Assembly: GCA_018238155.1 (NCBI GenBank)
Contig: JABCTZ010000033.1
Location: forward strand, 44,002 to 108,001
Source of the DNA: Candidatus Heimdallarchaeota archaeon
Lineage (GTDB): Archaea > Asgardarchaeota > Heimdallarchaeia > JABLTI01
Length of the DNA: 64,000 bases
Direction: 5' to 3'
The notes beneath the pieces were generated by a model. The model ran no database searches. It was not told where the DNA came from and was given only the letters and a program-made list of their open reading frames with translations. Made by a program: the position numbers and the translations under genes. Positions 30,474 to 40,416 of the stretch are shown one piece after another (within the stretch, counting starts at the first letter, position 1; each line of letters starts with the position of its first letter).

Positions 30474-33155
30474 GTGATGAAGTCTAACAATAAAAAAATA
30501 ACTCTATTCATTATTTTTTGGTTAATAATAATTTCTACTGTGATAGGTCAAAGTGTTGCTCCAGATAACACTACAATCCTTGATTCAAATTCAATGACGG
30601 CTATAGAAAATTGGCGCTTCAATTTAGGTAATGATGTAGAATCATCTCCTACATTTGCAGATGTAAATAGCGATGGTCTTTTCGAAGTAATTGTTGGTAC
30701 GGGTGGTTCTGATTTTAGTAATGAACGTCTTTATTGTATAAATTCTTCAGGAGAAGAAGTGTGGAGTGCTCCTGTGGCAGGTAAAATAACTTCAAAACCA
30801 GCTATTGCTGATTTAGATGACGATGGCTCACCTGAAATTATTGTTGGCTCTAGTAATATGAAGCTCTTTTGTTTCAATCATAATGGAACTATAGAATGGA
30901 CTTATACTACCGCTTGGCATGTTATGAATTCTCCTGCTATTGCAGATTTAGATTCTGATGGTACTCTTGAAATTATTGTATGTGTTACTGATTTTGTATA
31001 TTGTCTCAGTCATGAAGGAATTCTGGAATGGTCGATTAGCGCATTAGGTTCACATTCTAATGTTGCTGTTGCAGATTTAGATAATGATAACACATTGGAG
31101 ATTATTGTTATGGCGAATTATGAAAATCATCTTTTTTGTATAAGTCATTTAGGTGATATTGAGTGGGAGGTTGCTCAAGGAGACAGCTCTAAATATCTAA
31201 TAGTTGCTGATTTAGATGCTGATGGTACTTTTGAAATAATAATTGGTACCATCAATTCTGTTGTTAGATGTTGCGATCATGAAGGGAATTTGGAATGGAC
31301 TTATACTACTGGAGGTTATATTCATTCTTCTCCAGCAGTTGCTGACCTCAATGATGATGGATATTTAGAAATAGTCATTGGGTCACACAACAGCAGTCTT
31401 TACTGCCTTAACTCTACAGGTTATGTAGAATGGATTTATACTACAGGAGACGAAATTAACTCCTCTCCGGTTATTGCTGACTTGGATGGAGATGGATTAT
31501 TAGAAGTGGTGGTAGGATCAAATGACAATAAGCTATATTGTCTATCCAATCTTGGTACAGAATTATGGACTTTTACTACTGGAGGTGATATTTACTCTTC
31601 TCCAACAATTGTTGACCTTGATAGAGATGGTATTTTTGAAATTATTTTTGGTTCCAATGACAACTATGTTTATTGTTTGAGTTTCGATGATGTAATTGCT
31701 TCAGGTGATGCCCCTTGGTATTCTCTTGGGGGTTCGATCTTTAGTACTGGACAAATTGATAGCGACAGTGATTTCCTAGATGATTTGACAGAAGATTTCT
31801 TCAATACAAATCCAAATAACTTTGATTGTGATAACGATTATTTATCAGATGGTATAGAAATAATTCTCTATCATACAAATCCTTTATCCAACGATACAGA
31901 TGGAGACGGTCTTACGGATAATTTTGAAGTAAACACTAGCCATACCGATCCAACAGCAATAGATTCAGATGAAGATGGTTTATCTGATTTTGAAGAGCTA
32001 AACGATGGTCAAGATGGGTTTCTCACAGATCCAAATAACCCAGATACAGACGGTGATGGTGTTTCAGACTATCAAGAATTTCTAGATGGCACAAACCCTA
32101 TAGATGGTAATGATTTTCTAAAAAGACCTGTTTGGTTTCTACCAGTAATTATTGGTTCATTGGCTTTTGTAGTGATAGTAATTGCTATTAGTATTGCTTT
32201 AGCTCGCAAGAGAAAAACAACTACTGAGGAAGAAGTTGAGCCTGAACCAGAGATAAGCGATACCGAGCAAGTGGAAATTGAAGAAATTCCTGAATTAGCG
32301 TTTGATGATGAAGTTGCAAGATCGCCAGAAAGTCCAGTGGTTTCTACAGATGATTTTATTAGATTACCAGTAATTCCTGTGATTTCTAAATTTGAGAATA
32401 TTGAGTTATCAGAGAGTTCAGCCATATCAGAAGATGAGAAAACTGTTGAATTACCAGATAGTCAAGTTGTTAAAAGTAAAAAAACAATTACTCACAATTA
32501 TTTGAAAAATTTGCTTAATACCAAAAGTATTATTATAATCAGTAAAGATGGCATTCCTTTTGTTTCTCTTAATTTCGGTCTAGATTTTGATTCCAGTTTA
32601 GTTGGAGGATTTTTAACAGCGATTACCGGTTTTGGTGATGAGATTTTCGTTAATAAACAACAATCAGACAGTAGATTCAGTCAAATGGGGCATGAAGGTG
32701 GTTTGTTCTGGATTTTTGAAGGAAAATTCGTTCGTTTGGCTCTACTATTTAACAATGCACCTAATAAAAAGTTTAAGAAATCTGTTTGGAATACCTTAAA
32801 ACATTTTGAAAAAACTTATCATAATGAGTTGAAAGATTTTACTGGAAATGTAAGTCAATTTGAACCTGCTCAAAAGTTACTTGAGAGCTACCTCTCTATT
32901 CATTATCTCTATCCTATGAATATAAATGTAGAAAAGCTTGTTGATGTTAAATCATCAGAGAATAAGCTAAAGACAGTTATTGAAAGTTACATTGAAAACT
33001 TTAGTGAAGAAGTAACACTTGATATTCATCAATTAATTGATAAATCATTTAAAGAACTTGAGAATATTACTTATGAGGAAATCCTCAACCAGATAATTAT
33101 CTTTGTTACTGAAGGTATTCTTATCCCTATATCTATTAATCCAAATCTGTTCTAA
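30474..33155 (+). CDS. Single-pass membrane protein: FG-GAP-like propeller, DxDxDG repeats, TM, acidic linker, cytoplasmic longin-like domain
   Basis: About eight SSPxxADLDxDGxLEIxxG repeats; TM WFLPVIIGSLAFVVIVIAISIALA-RKRK; SIIIISKDGIPF...LVGGFLTAITGFGDEIF. Confidence 0.85.
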   Translation: MMKSNNKKITLFIIFWLIIISTVIGQSVAPDNTTILDSNSMTAIENWRFNLGNDVESSPTFADVNSDGLFEVIVGTGGSDFSNERLYCINSSGEEVWSAPVAGKITSKPAIADLDDDGSPEIIVGSSNMKLFCFNHNGTIEWTYTTAWHVMNSPAIADLDSDGTLEIIVCVTDFVYCLSHEGILEWSISALGSHSNVAVADLDNDNTLEIIVMANYENHLFCISHLGDIEWEVAQGDSSKYLIVADLDADGTFEIIIGTINSVVRCCDHEGNLEWTYTTGGYIHSSPAVADLNDDGYLEIVIGSHNSSLYCLNSTGYVEWIYTTGDEINSSPVIADLDGDGLLEVVVGSNDNKLYCLSNLGTELWTFTTGGDIYSSPTIVDLDRDGIFEIIFGSNDNYVYCLSFDDVIASGDAPWYSLGGSIFSTGQIDSDSDFLDDLTEDFFNTNPNNFDCDNDYLSDGIEIILYHTNPLSNDTDGDGLTDNFEVNTSHTDPTAIDSDEDGLSDFEELNDGQDGFLTDPNNPDTDGDGVSDYQEFLDGTNPIDGNDFLKRPVWFLPVIIGSLAFVVIVIAISIALARKRKTTTEEEVEPEPEISDTEQVEIEEIPELAFDDEVARSPESPVVSTDDFIRLPVIPVISKFENIELSESSAISEDEKTVELPDSQVVKSKKTITHNYLKNLLNTKSIIIISKDGIPFVSLNFGLDFDSSLVGGFLTAITGFGDEIFVNKQQSDSRFSQMGHEGGLFWIFEGKFVRLALLFNNAPNKKFKKSVWNTLKHFEKTYHNELKDFTGNVSQFEPAQKLLESYLSIHYLYPMNINVEKLVDVKSSENKLKTVIESYIENFSEEVTLDIHQLIDKSFKELENITYEEILNQIIIFVTEGILIPISINPNLF

Positions 33156-33300
33156 TTAATATTCTAGGCAGCAATGGCTTTCAAGTCGATGGTTATAGTT
33201 CCAACCTCAAAATTATTTTTACTTTTCTTGATCTGGAACCTATCCCTGCACCAGTGAGGTTTGCAGAACCAAAATATATCCATGTTCCATCTACAATGAT
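33141..33300 (-). pseudogene. PLD nuclease catalytic/3' fragment
   Basis: IIVDGTWIYFGSANLTGAGIGSRSRK..KNNFEVGTITIDLKAIAA..EY*LEQIW. Confidence 0.92.
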
Positions 33301-33548
33301 AAACTCTAAGAATACCTATTGGAAAGGAAGATGTTTTTTGAAAAAAATTAATAGATAATTAGACTATTTCTGTTCTATTTCCATTTAGAAATACAATTTT
33401 AATAAAAATTGTGTTAAATATTCAACTAATATTTTGTATTATATTAGTTCCTTTAGCACTTGGATAAGAATTGGCATATCTATCTGAGGGCTTCCAACCA
33501 TAGGACTCTTTTCAACAGGAAGTTCATCATCCTGATGTAAAAGACTTA

Positions 33549-33761
33549 TTGGATAAACATGAAAAAGATGATTAAGGATTGGTTGAAAAAAACAACCAAT
33601 TTTAAAGCGAATGCCAGATTAGCAAAGGAAAATAAGCTATACGATATTACTTGTTTTCTGCACAACAAACTGTTGAATTGCTTTTGAAAGGAATAATCGT
33701 TGCTAATACTGAACCAAAATCTTTTACTCACTTTTTAATAGAATTATTGAGATAATTGAAG
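33549..33761 (+). pseudogene. 5' fragment of the HEPN gene at 51610
   Basis: ATGAAAAAGATGATTAAGGATTGGTTGAAAAAA... near-identical to 51600-51813, with indels. Confidence 0.9.
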
Positions 33762-33862
33762 TGTTTCTGGTAATAATTCCTACTTTTTCTTGTTTCTAGT
33801 AATTTACTGGAGTTAGAATATTATGTATAAAACAAAGAAAAAAATTATTCTAAATAAATTCA

Positions 33863-34297
33863 TTAGTATATGAATATGTAGAGAATAATCTGAGAGGCGA
33901 TAAAAGAAACAAATCCTATTATAGCTAAAATATCTATAAAGAATTTCTTTACCTTATTTTTTGTTGTGGTAGGTTTAATTCTTTCGTTATTCAAAGTAAC
34001 TATATCTAATTCAGTGTAGTTGCTTCTTATTTGAAAGAGTGGAATTACAAAAGCTAATACAATTGCAATCAACCAAAATACTAAACATGTAAAAACAAGG
34101 ATTTCATAAAGCAATCCTAAGGTATGATTACTTACAAATTCAGCACGACTAGATACACTAAGTGGAAGTACTAGAGCTAAACAAAAAACTCCTAAGAAGC
34201 TAATTAAAGCTAGTATCGATGAAAGTATAAATGTAAATCTAGCTTTTTCAACTTCTTGAGTTGATATGTCAGTTTCTAAATTTTCTTTATTATCCAT
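33863..34297 (-). CDS. Small membrane protein (three TM segments)
   Basis: Hydrophobic segments; TAATG overlap with the upstream ORF. Confidence 0.7.
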   Translation of the reverse strand: MDNKENLETDISTQEVEKARFTFILSSILALISFLGVFCLALVLPLSVSSRAEFVSNHTLGLLYEILVFTCLVFWLIAIVLAFVIPLFQIRSNYTELDIVTLNNERIKPTTTKNKVKKFFIDILAIIGFVSFIASQIILYIFIY

Positions 34298-34616
34298 TAA
34301 TAGGTCTCCAATGTGATAAATGTGTCCGCACCGTCACCTATAAATACAATTGCTAGAATGATAATGCAGATAATGAAAATTATTAACCCAACCGCAAGTA
34401 AACCTTCACCTGTGAAAGTTAAACCTAATATTATTGCAAAAACAGCAGTTGCACCAAATTTAATTGTTGCTGCTATTCCAGCAGCGAAGAAGGCTGATCC
34501 AATTATAGCTAATACACTAGCTGCTTTTATTGCATCACTATCAGAAGTTCCTTTAACTTCTCCAAAACTTTCAACACTCATTTTATATATGGGATTATTA
34601 GGATTCGTGTATGTAT
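34297..34616 (-). pseudogene. Hydrophobic C-terminal fragment of an unknown protein, fused in frame to a PLD 5' remnant
   Basis: ORF 34297..34731 switches from PLD sequence (...AKANDFIV) to a Gly/Ala-rich hydrophobic tail. Confidence 0.6.
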
Positions 34617-34775
34617 CATCTACAATGAAATCATTTGCTTTTGCACTAGCTATCCAAAGATATTTTCTTGCTCGAAGTAACCCATTGGTTATAATTTCAT
34701 CTACATTATCTCCATCATTTCCAGAGAGCAAATATCCATGTTATTCAATTGACAATTAGAGCACCATCATATATA
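34617..34775 (-). pseudogene. PLD nuclease 5' fragment with RBS
   Basis: SIE*HGYLLSGNDGDNVDEIITNGLLRARKYLWIASAKANDFIV; near-identical to the 5' end of 53599..54153. Confidence 0.92.
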
Positions 34776-34916
34776 TCATTTGTATTTATTAAAAATCACT
34801 AGTAAGGCAAGGATTTCTTTCTAGTTACACACCTTTGACTATTTACTGAACTAAGGATATCCAGAAAGATTTAGATCTGTTTCAAATAAAAAAAAAGAGA
34901 AATTGGAAAGATCCCT

Positions 34917-36497
34917 TCAAGCAGAAAGGGGGCTTTCGTTATTGTTTTTCTTGGAAAATAATGGTCTCTTTTTGGTTTGACGAAAAATAAAATCAGCTAT
35001 AATGAGACCCATTAGAGTAAAATTAGCATATGCAAACCAATCACCTAAAATGGTATACAGAGTGAATGCTCTTTCAGTTGGAACATCAGAATACATTATC
35101 CGATTGTCAGTATCAAAGTGATCTTGATAGGCAATAACATTCCCCAAATAATCAATTGCATAGGAACAACCCATATTGGATTGCCTGACTACATTGACAC
35201 CATTTTCAACTCCTCGGATTAAGGATGCTTCTGCATGAAATTCCTTTATTGCTACAACATCAAATGAAGGTATCAAGAGAATATCGACCTTTGCTTTACC
35301 TACTTGACGAATGAAATTAGGAAAATCATTATCAAAACAAATAGTAACAGCAAGTCGACCAAAGGGTGTATCGACCGAAGGAATTATTCCATCGGAATAT
35401 GTCTCATACCAAGATTTCGTTTTAATATATTCTAAAACAAGTGTGCCATTAGGATCAAACATCACTACTTTATTATCACTAATAAAGGAATCATAATAGA
35501 ACTTGACCACACCTGGAGCAAAGTAGATGTTATTATCAATAGCAAATGTTTTTGATCGATTATAAAACTCCTGCTCATAATCTTCATAATAAGGACAATT
35601 ACCTTCTGACCAGAAAATAATTTTAGCTCCACCATTTACTGCTTGCTCAGATAATGAGAACAATTGATCTTCAAGTGCTTGAATTTCCGGGAGATACAGT
35701 GAAGCTTCATCTGCAGGTGTTTTTCTATCAATTATTGCACTCCAGTAGTCTCTTTGATGTTCAACTGATATCGAACCAACCCGAACCGAAGGAGAAGATG
35801 GATCTGAAACTGCTACGCGTAGTGCACCAAATAACATTGTAGATATAATGATTACACTAAAGACTTTGGCTAGTTTAGGCGTTTTTTTGAAGTCAAATTT
35901 GAAATCCTTGCTCCAAAAAGTGTTCATTACTGATGCAGTCCAAGATATCAGAAATGACATACCCCAAATACTTGCTATTGATGATAGCTGAAGAAATGCA
36001 CTAAAGTGAAATTGCGTTCCACCCACAGAAAACATTGAACCAAGTAAGGTTAATCCAATAAGATATTCAATAAAGACTACTACAGATGGATAAACAAGTG
36101 AACCTAAAATTGACTCATATTTATTAGCTATGAATCGATCTATATAGAGAGGTATCATTACAAATAGAATGGGTACAAAAATACTCAATAATATTTGAAA
36201 CAAAATCGGAATATCCCAACCATCTCTCAATTTTAGATAAGTAGTAAGAGCTAAGAAAGGCAAAGCTAATAATGTAGACCAAAACTTCTTCTGATTTCTA
36301 AAGAATCTTATTAAGAATACAGGGGAAAGCCAAGCTGCAAATGGCATATTCCATCTCCAACCTAAAAATGTAAATAAGAAACAACCAATTAGTAAATAGA
36401 TAATATCTAGAATTGTTTCTCGTTTCATATCAGTGAAAAATTTTTTTATTTTTTCTTGAAAGTTATTTTGATTAATGTTTTTATCCATATTATTCAC
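34917..36497 (-). CDS. Apolipoprotein N-acyltransferase-like protein (TM domain plus nitrilase fold)
   Basis: N-terminal TMs; Glu-Lys-Cys triad motifs FWSEG, YIK, ICFD; RGVENG. Confidence 0.82.
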   Translation of the reverse strand: MNNMDKNINQNNFQEKIKKFFTDMKRETILDIIYLLIGCFLFTFLGWRWNMPFAAWLSPVFLIRFFRNQKKFWSTLLALPFLALTTYLKLRDGWDIPILFQILLSIFVPILFVMIPLYIDRFIANKYESILGSLVYPSVVVFIEYLIGLTLLGSMFSVGGTQFHFSAFLQLSSIASIWGMSFLISWTASVMNTFWSKDFKFDFKKTPKLAKVFSVIIISTMLFGALRVAVSDPSSPSVRVGSISVEHQRDYWSAIIDRKTPADEASLYLPEIQALEDQLFSLSEQAVNGGAKIIFWSEGNCPYYEDYEQEFYNRSKTFAIDNNIYFAPGVVKFYYDSFISDNKVVMFDPNGTLVLEYIKTKSWYETYSDGIIPSVDTPFGRLAVTICFDNDFPNFIRQVGKAKVDILLIPSFDVVAIKEFHAEASLIRGVENGVNVVRQSNMGCSYAIDYLGNVIAYQDHFDTDNRIMYSDVPTERAFTLYTILGDWFAYANFTLMGLIIADFIFRQTKKRPLFSKKNNNESPLSA

Positions 36498-36534
36498 ACC
36501 ATTTTTTTAATACTATCTTTTAAATGCCAACAAA

Positions 36535-36568
36535 TGAGCATTGCTCAACTATAATTGAGTGATACTCA
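36535..36568. promoter_or_regulatory. Tandem palindromic operator TGAGY-N3-RCTCA x2
   Basis: TGAGCATTGCTCA (36535-36547) and TGAGTGATACTCA (36556-36568), 21 bp apart, just downstream of a minus-strand TTTAAATA TATA box. Confidence 0.7.
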
Positions 36569-36954
36569 GTTATATTTAAAGCTTTTGAAAAGGAAGAATG
36601 CTGGAAAGCCCTAATTTTCCACCGATGATTTCATTTTTAATTTGTTTTTTTTAGTATAGTTTGTGGGTTAAATTGAAATCATTTAAGTTAGACATGGTCG
36701 AAGCATCTGAAATAACTACAAGAAATTCAAAGATACAAATTATCCATTAACAGATTTAAGAGAATAACAAGCTTGGAATTAGAGTTGACGTCATTTGAAC
36801 CGGAAAAATAAGAACTTTTAGTGTGGAATTTATTAATCTATTAAAAATGATAAAAAAAGGAGAAAGAAAAATTCATTAATTATTATTTCTTCTTTCTTTT
36901 TCTAATGAAAACTGTAGCAATAGCCAGAAAGACAAAAACAACAAATAGATCTTT

Positions 36955-37758
36955 CTAATTGTGAATAAGTTGTTCTCTTTTCGTTTTGTGGAAGAAATGC
37001 TCCAAAATATAAACTAAACCGTCTAGCTCTTTGGGAAGGGAAACTTTTTTTGTTAGTTTAAAACCTGAAGTATTTAACAAGATATCTTTTTGTTTCTCTG
37101 ATGAAATTAATATCATATTAAAAGTCTTAATAGTAGTTACAATCCTAGTATGATTCGCATCTTGTTCATCCACAGTATTCAAAGCATATCGAATTCCTCT
37201 CGCTCCATATAGTTCTTGATAAAATGAGAAAATTGTTGCTACCTTTAAGTTATTCAACCAGTTACTTTTCTTTTTATAATCTTTTTCTTTTTTACTAGTT
37301 AATCTAATATTCTTCATATCAGACCATTTTATATTACAAAGAGTACTATTACCATTTATTACTTTAAGTCCATTTTTATCTATTGTCAATATATCATGAA
37401 GAACTATTCCCTTTCGATTTCGTTTGAATATGAACCCATCAGAATTAAAAAGTGATTCTAGTTTAATTATCTCACTATGATTCAACGAATATTCTAAATA
37501 AGTCGGTTGACGTAAATAATTTAATAGTTCTTCTTTCTCCGTTTTATCAATTTCATCATCTATTTTGTCTTTAAGATCTTCATCTTCTGGAGCATAAATG
37601 AAATTGTCTTTATCAATGAATAATTTATAATCATTAGCTACCTCAAGTATTTCTTCTACAGAAAGCATACAAACAGTTGCCAACCATTTAATTTTTACTT
37701 TCTTACCATCCCTTATTCTATCAAGCAATTCAGCTCTCTTTTCTATAGTTAATTCCAA
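36955..37758 (-). CDS. Hypothetical protein
   Basis: 267-aa ORF with an AGGT RBS-like site; no recognised motif. Confidence 0.65.
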   Translation of the reverse strand: MELTIEKRAELLDRIRDGKKVKIKWLATVCMLSVEEILEVANDYKLFIDKDNFIYAPEDEDLKDKIDDEIDKTEKEELLNYLRQPTYLEYSLNHSEIIKLESLFNSDGFIFKRNRKGIVLHDILTIDKNGLKVINGNSTLCNIKWSDMKNIRLTSKKEKDYKKKSNWLNNLKVATIFSFYQELYGARGIRYALNTVDEQDANHTRIVTTIKTFNMILISSEKQKDILLNTSGFKLTKKVSLPKELDGLVYILEHFFHKTKREQLIHN

Positions 37759-37932
37759 GTCAATCTCTACCTTTAACGTGAATGATAATTATTCAATTTA
37801 GTATTTAAAGAGTTTCAATTATTAGAGAGATTTCTTTAGCAACGCCGATTAAAGGATATTGCTCGACAATAAGAAATGTTTTTTACTACATCACTATAAT
37901 AACTAGTAGTACAATAAAATGGATGAATTTTA

Positions 37933-38424
37933 ATGAGTAAACGTAGAACGTTCTTAGGTGCGATAGTAGGAGCTTTTATTGGTGTTGGAATACTCGTTCT
38001 ATCAATTTGGATATCCCAAACTGTACCAAATGTAGCATTTGTTGCTTTTGCAAGTTGGCTTATTGGTGGATTTGTAGCAGGATTAATAGCATCAAGTCCA
38101 GGGCGAGGAGCTTTAGCAGGTTTCTTAACGGCAATTATTGGTTTCTTCATAAATTCTATAATTATTACATTCTTAACTGTCTTTACAGGAAGCGGACTTC
38201 TTGCAATTATTTTTGGATTTGCGACTTTTGGTGCTGTAAATCCGGCAGATTATTCTGCAGTTATTGGTATCTTAATTGCTATTGGAATTCTTATTTCACT
38301 AATAGTTTCAGCTGTATTAGGAGTAACAAGTATAATCGCTGGCTTAATAGGTGGAGCAATAAACAATCCAAGCAGACCCAAAACAGAAGCTTTCCAAGAG
38401 GATTCTGAGGATATTTATAGATAA
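37933..38424 (+). CDS. Gly-rich multi-TM membrane protein (DUF5518-like)
   Basis: LIGGFVAGLIA...GRGALAGFL...IAGLIGG pattern. Confidence 0.7.
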   Translation: MSKRRTFLGAIVGAFIGVGILVLSIWISQTVPNVAFVAFASWLIGGFVAGLIASSPGRGALAGFLTAIIGFFINSIIITFLTVFTGSGLLAIIFGFATFGAVNPADYSAVIGILIAIGILISLIVSAVLGVTSIIAGLIGGAINNPSRPKTEAFQEDSEDIYR

Positions 38425-38542
38425 GTACTACTAGAAATTGAAGAGAAATGTAAGTGAAATATTGTCAATATAATTTAGTTTTTTCAGATGAAAAAAATAT
38501 CTCATGATAAAAGATAAAAATGAGTAAAGCTTACTGACATCT

Positions 38543-39067
38543 GTGATTATATTGAAAAGTAAAAATACGAATACTGAGAAAGAAGATATTTTGTATAGCG
38601 AATGGGTTCCTATCAGTAAAATAGTAGTAATTCTTATTGTTTTTTTAGAACTGCTGCTTATCACAAATATCATTTTAATTTCTATTTTAAAACCGCAAGA
38701 AATGGTACTTGCAGTATCACTTGGCGTACCTCTGATCGTTCTTTTTCTCTTGATAGGATGGAATTTTAGAGGTTTACAAATCACTTTAACAAAAGATGTA
38801 ATTAAAATTAAATTTGGAATTATCAATAAGAAAATCATTACTTTAGATGAATTAGTTAGCTGTGAAGTAATAAAAGCTTCATTTGGAAAATATTATGGAA
38901 TGGGAATTCGAGTAGGTTCTGATTCATCATGGGCTTATGTAACTGATTTTGGTGATGCAGTAAAACTTACTTATCAAAAGAGTAGATTATTCGTGTTTTC
39001 CTCAAAAAACCATCAAAAATTAATTGATTTATTGAAAGAGCACAATAAAATTCTAACTATTATCTGA
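38543..39067 (+). CDS. Two-TM protein with a bacterial PH-like domain
   Basis: Two TMs then IKIKFG..KKIITLDE..YYGMGIR..FVFSS. Confidence 0.65.
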   Translation: MIILKSKNTNTEKEDILYSEWVPISKIVVILIVFLELLLITNIILISILKPQEMVLAVSLGVPLIVLFLLIGWNFRGLQITLTKDVIKIKFGIINKKIITLDELVSCEVIKASFGKYYGMGIRVGSDSSWAYVTDFGDAVKLTYQKSRLFVFSSKNHQKLIDLLKEHNKILTII

Positions 39068-39131
39068 TTTTTTCATTATTTTTCTTTCTGTTTTATTCCT
39101 TATGAATTTAATTTTTTGATTTTTTTTTTGA

Positions 39132-39155
39132 AAACGTATGTTAAAATATACGTTT
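39132..39155. promoter_or_regulatory. Palindrome AAACGTAT-N8-ATACGTTT overlapping a putative TATA box
   Basis: Perfect 8-bp inverted repeat upstream of the LVIVD gene. Confidence 0.5.
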
Positions 39156-39186
39156 ACAACTAATACAATTCAAGAGTTCTATTTAT

Positions 39187-40416
39187 TTGAAGGTAAAAAA
39201 AATGACTAAGAACAATAAAAACGGGCTAACTATTTACTACTTTATTTTAGTAATTTTGATGATTGGATTGATGCCTGTAACTAAAACAATAGGATATCAA
39301 AATACACAATCAAATTCTTTTTCGGGAAATGAATTAGAAATAAATAATGAAATAACCAGAGGGGGCTCCTCAATCTTTGTTAATGGAAACTATGTGTACC
39401 TATTAGATGGATATTCTGGGCTTGAAATCTATGATATTAGTATAAAGGATGAACCTGTATTCGTTGATCAGTATATTGAATATGGAGACTACTATTACAA
39501 TCTGATTGTTCAGAATGATTATGTTTACGTCTATAATCAATTTGATAGTAAAATCAACATACTAGACTGTTCCAATGTTTCAGACATAAAATTAGAAGGG
39601 AATCTCACATTACCAGACATTAATTACCGCGAATTTGCTGTTGTTGGTAGGAATTTATTTGCAATTACTGCTACTGAATTCAGTATCTTCAATTTTACAG
39701 ATTATACTAATATTTCATTAATTGACTCATATACTAATGTCAATGCAAGCTTTTCTGATATAACAATTAAAGGAAACTATTCCTATATATTAAACTCAGG
39801 TTACGGATTAGTTATTTTTAACATAACAGATCCCTCTGACATTCAGAAAGTAAATGAGGTAGTAATTGATGATAACAGTACTTTCATTGAGTTCTTTATC
39901 ACTGATGACTATCTTTACATTCAAGAAGGGCTAACAATGTTGTATTTCTATGACATTACAGATCATCTAGACATAACATACATCACAAAATACAATATCA
40001 CTACAAATCATTTTAATGATCTTTTTGTAACAGAAAATTACGTATTTGTTCTTTATTGGAGATCTTTTGACATAATAGATATTTCTAACTTGGCTGATAT
40101 TAAGACAATCGGAAATTACGAGTACAAGTATACTGCTATTTTCGAAGATATGTATATAGATGGTAATTTTGCATATGTAAGAAGCAGTCAAAGTGGACAT
40201 TTAGAAGGAAATAGACCACTCTACATCGTAGATTTTACTACTCTTGATTCACCCGTTCTTATATTTCCAGACAGCAATCCAAATAGATTTTTAGATACTA
40301 TTTTTATAACTATTGGAGCAATATTGGGTGGAATAGTTTTGATAACTGTTATTTCTATAATAGTAATCCTTGTTAGTAATAAGAAACCAAAAGTTGCTAT
40401 TGATGGAAAAATGTGA
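39187..40416 (+). CDS. LVIVD-repeat surface protein with a C-terminal TM
   Basis: GNYVYLLDGYSGLEIYDIS repeats; signal peptide; TM anchor. Confidence 0.85.
   Translation: MKVKKMTKNNKNGLTIYYFILVILMIGLMPVTKTIGYQNTQSNSFSGNELEINNEITRGGSSIFVNGNYVYLLDGYSGLEIYDISIKDEPVFVDQYIEYGDYYYNLIVQNDYVYVYNQFDSKINILDCSNVSDIKLEGNLTLPDINYREFAVVGRNLFAITATEFSIFNFTDYTNISLIDSYTNVNASFSDITIKGNYSYILNSGYGLVIFNITDPSDIQKVNEVVIDDNSTFIEFFITDDYLYIQEGLTMLYFYDITDHLDITYITKYNITTNHFNDLFVTENYVFVLYWRSFDIIDISNLADIKTIGNYEYKYTAIFEDMYIDGNFAYVRSSQSGHLEGNRPLYIVDFTTLDSPVLIFPDSNPNRFLDTIFITIGAILGGIVLITVISIIVILVSNKKPKVAIDGKM

Noticed and set aside
37850-37861. AAAGGATATTG match to the PLD tail on the plus strand
   Set aside because: Only 11 bp with no flanking similarity, which is expected by chance.
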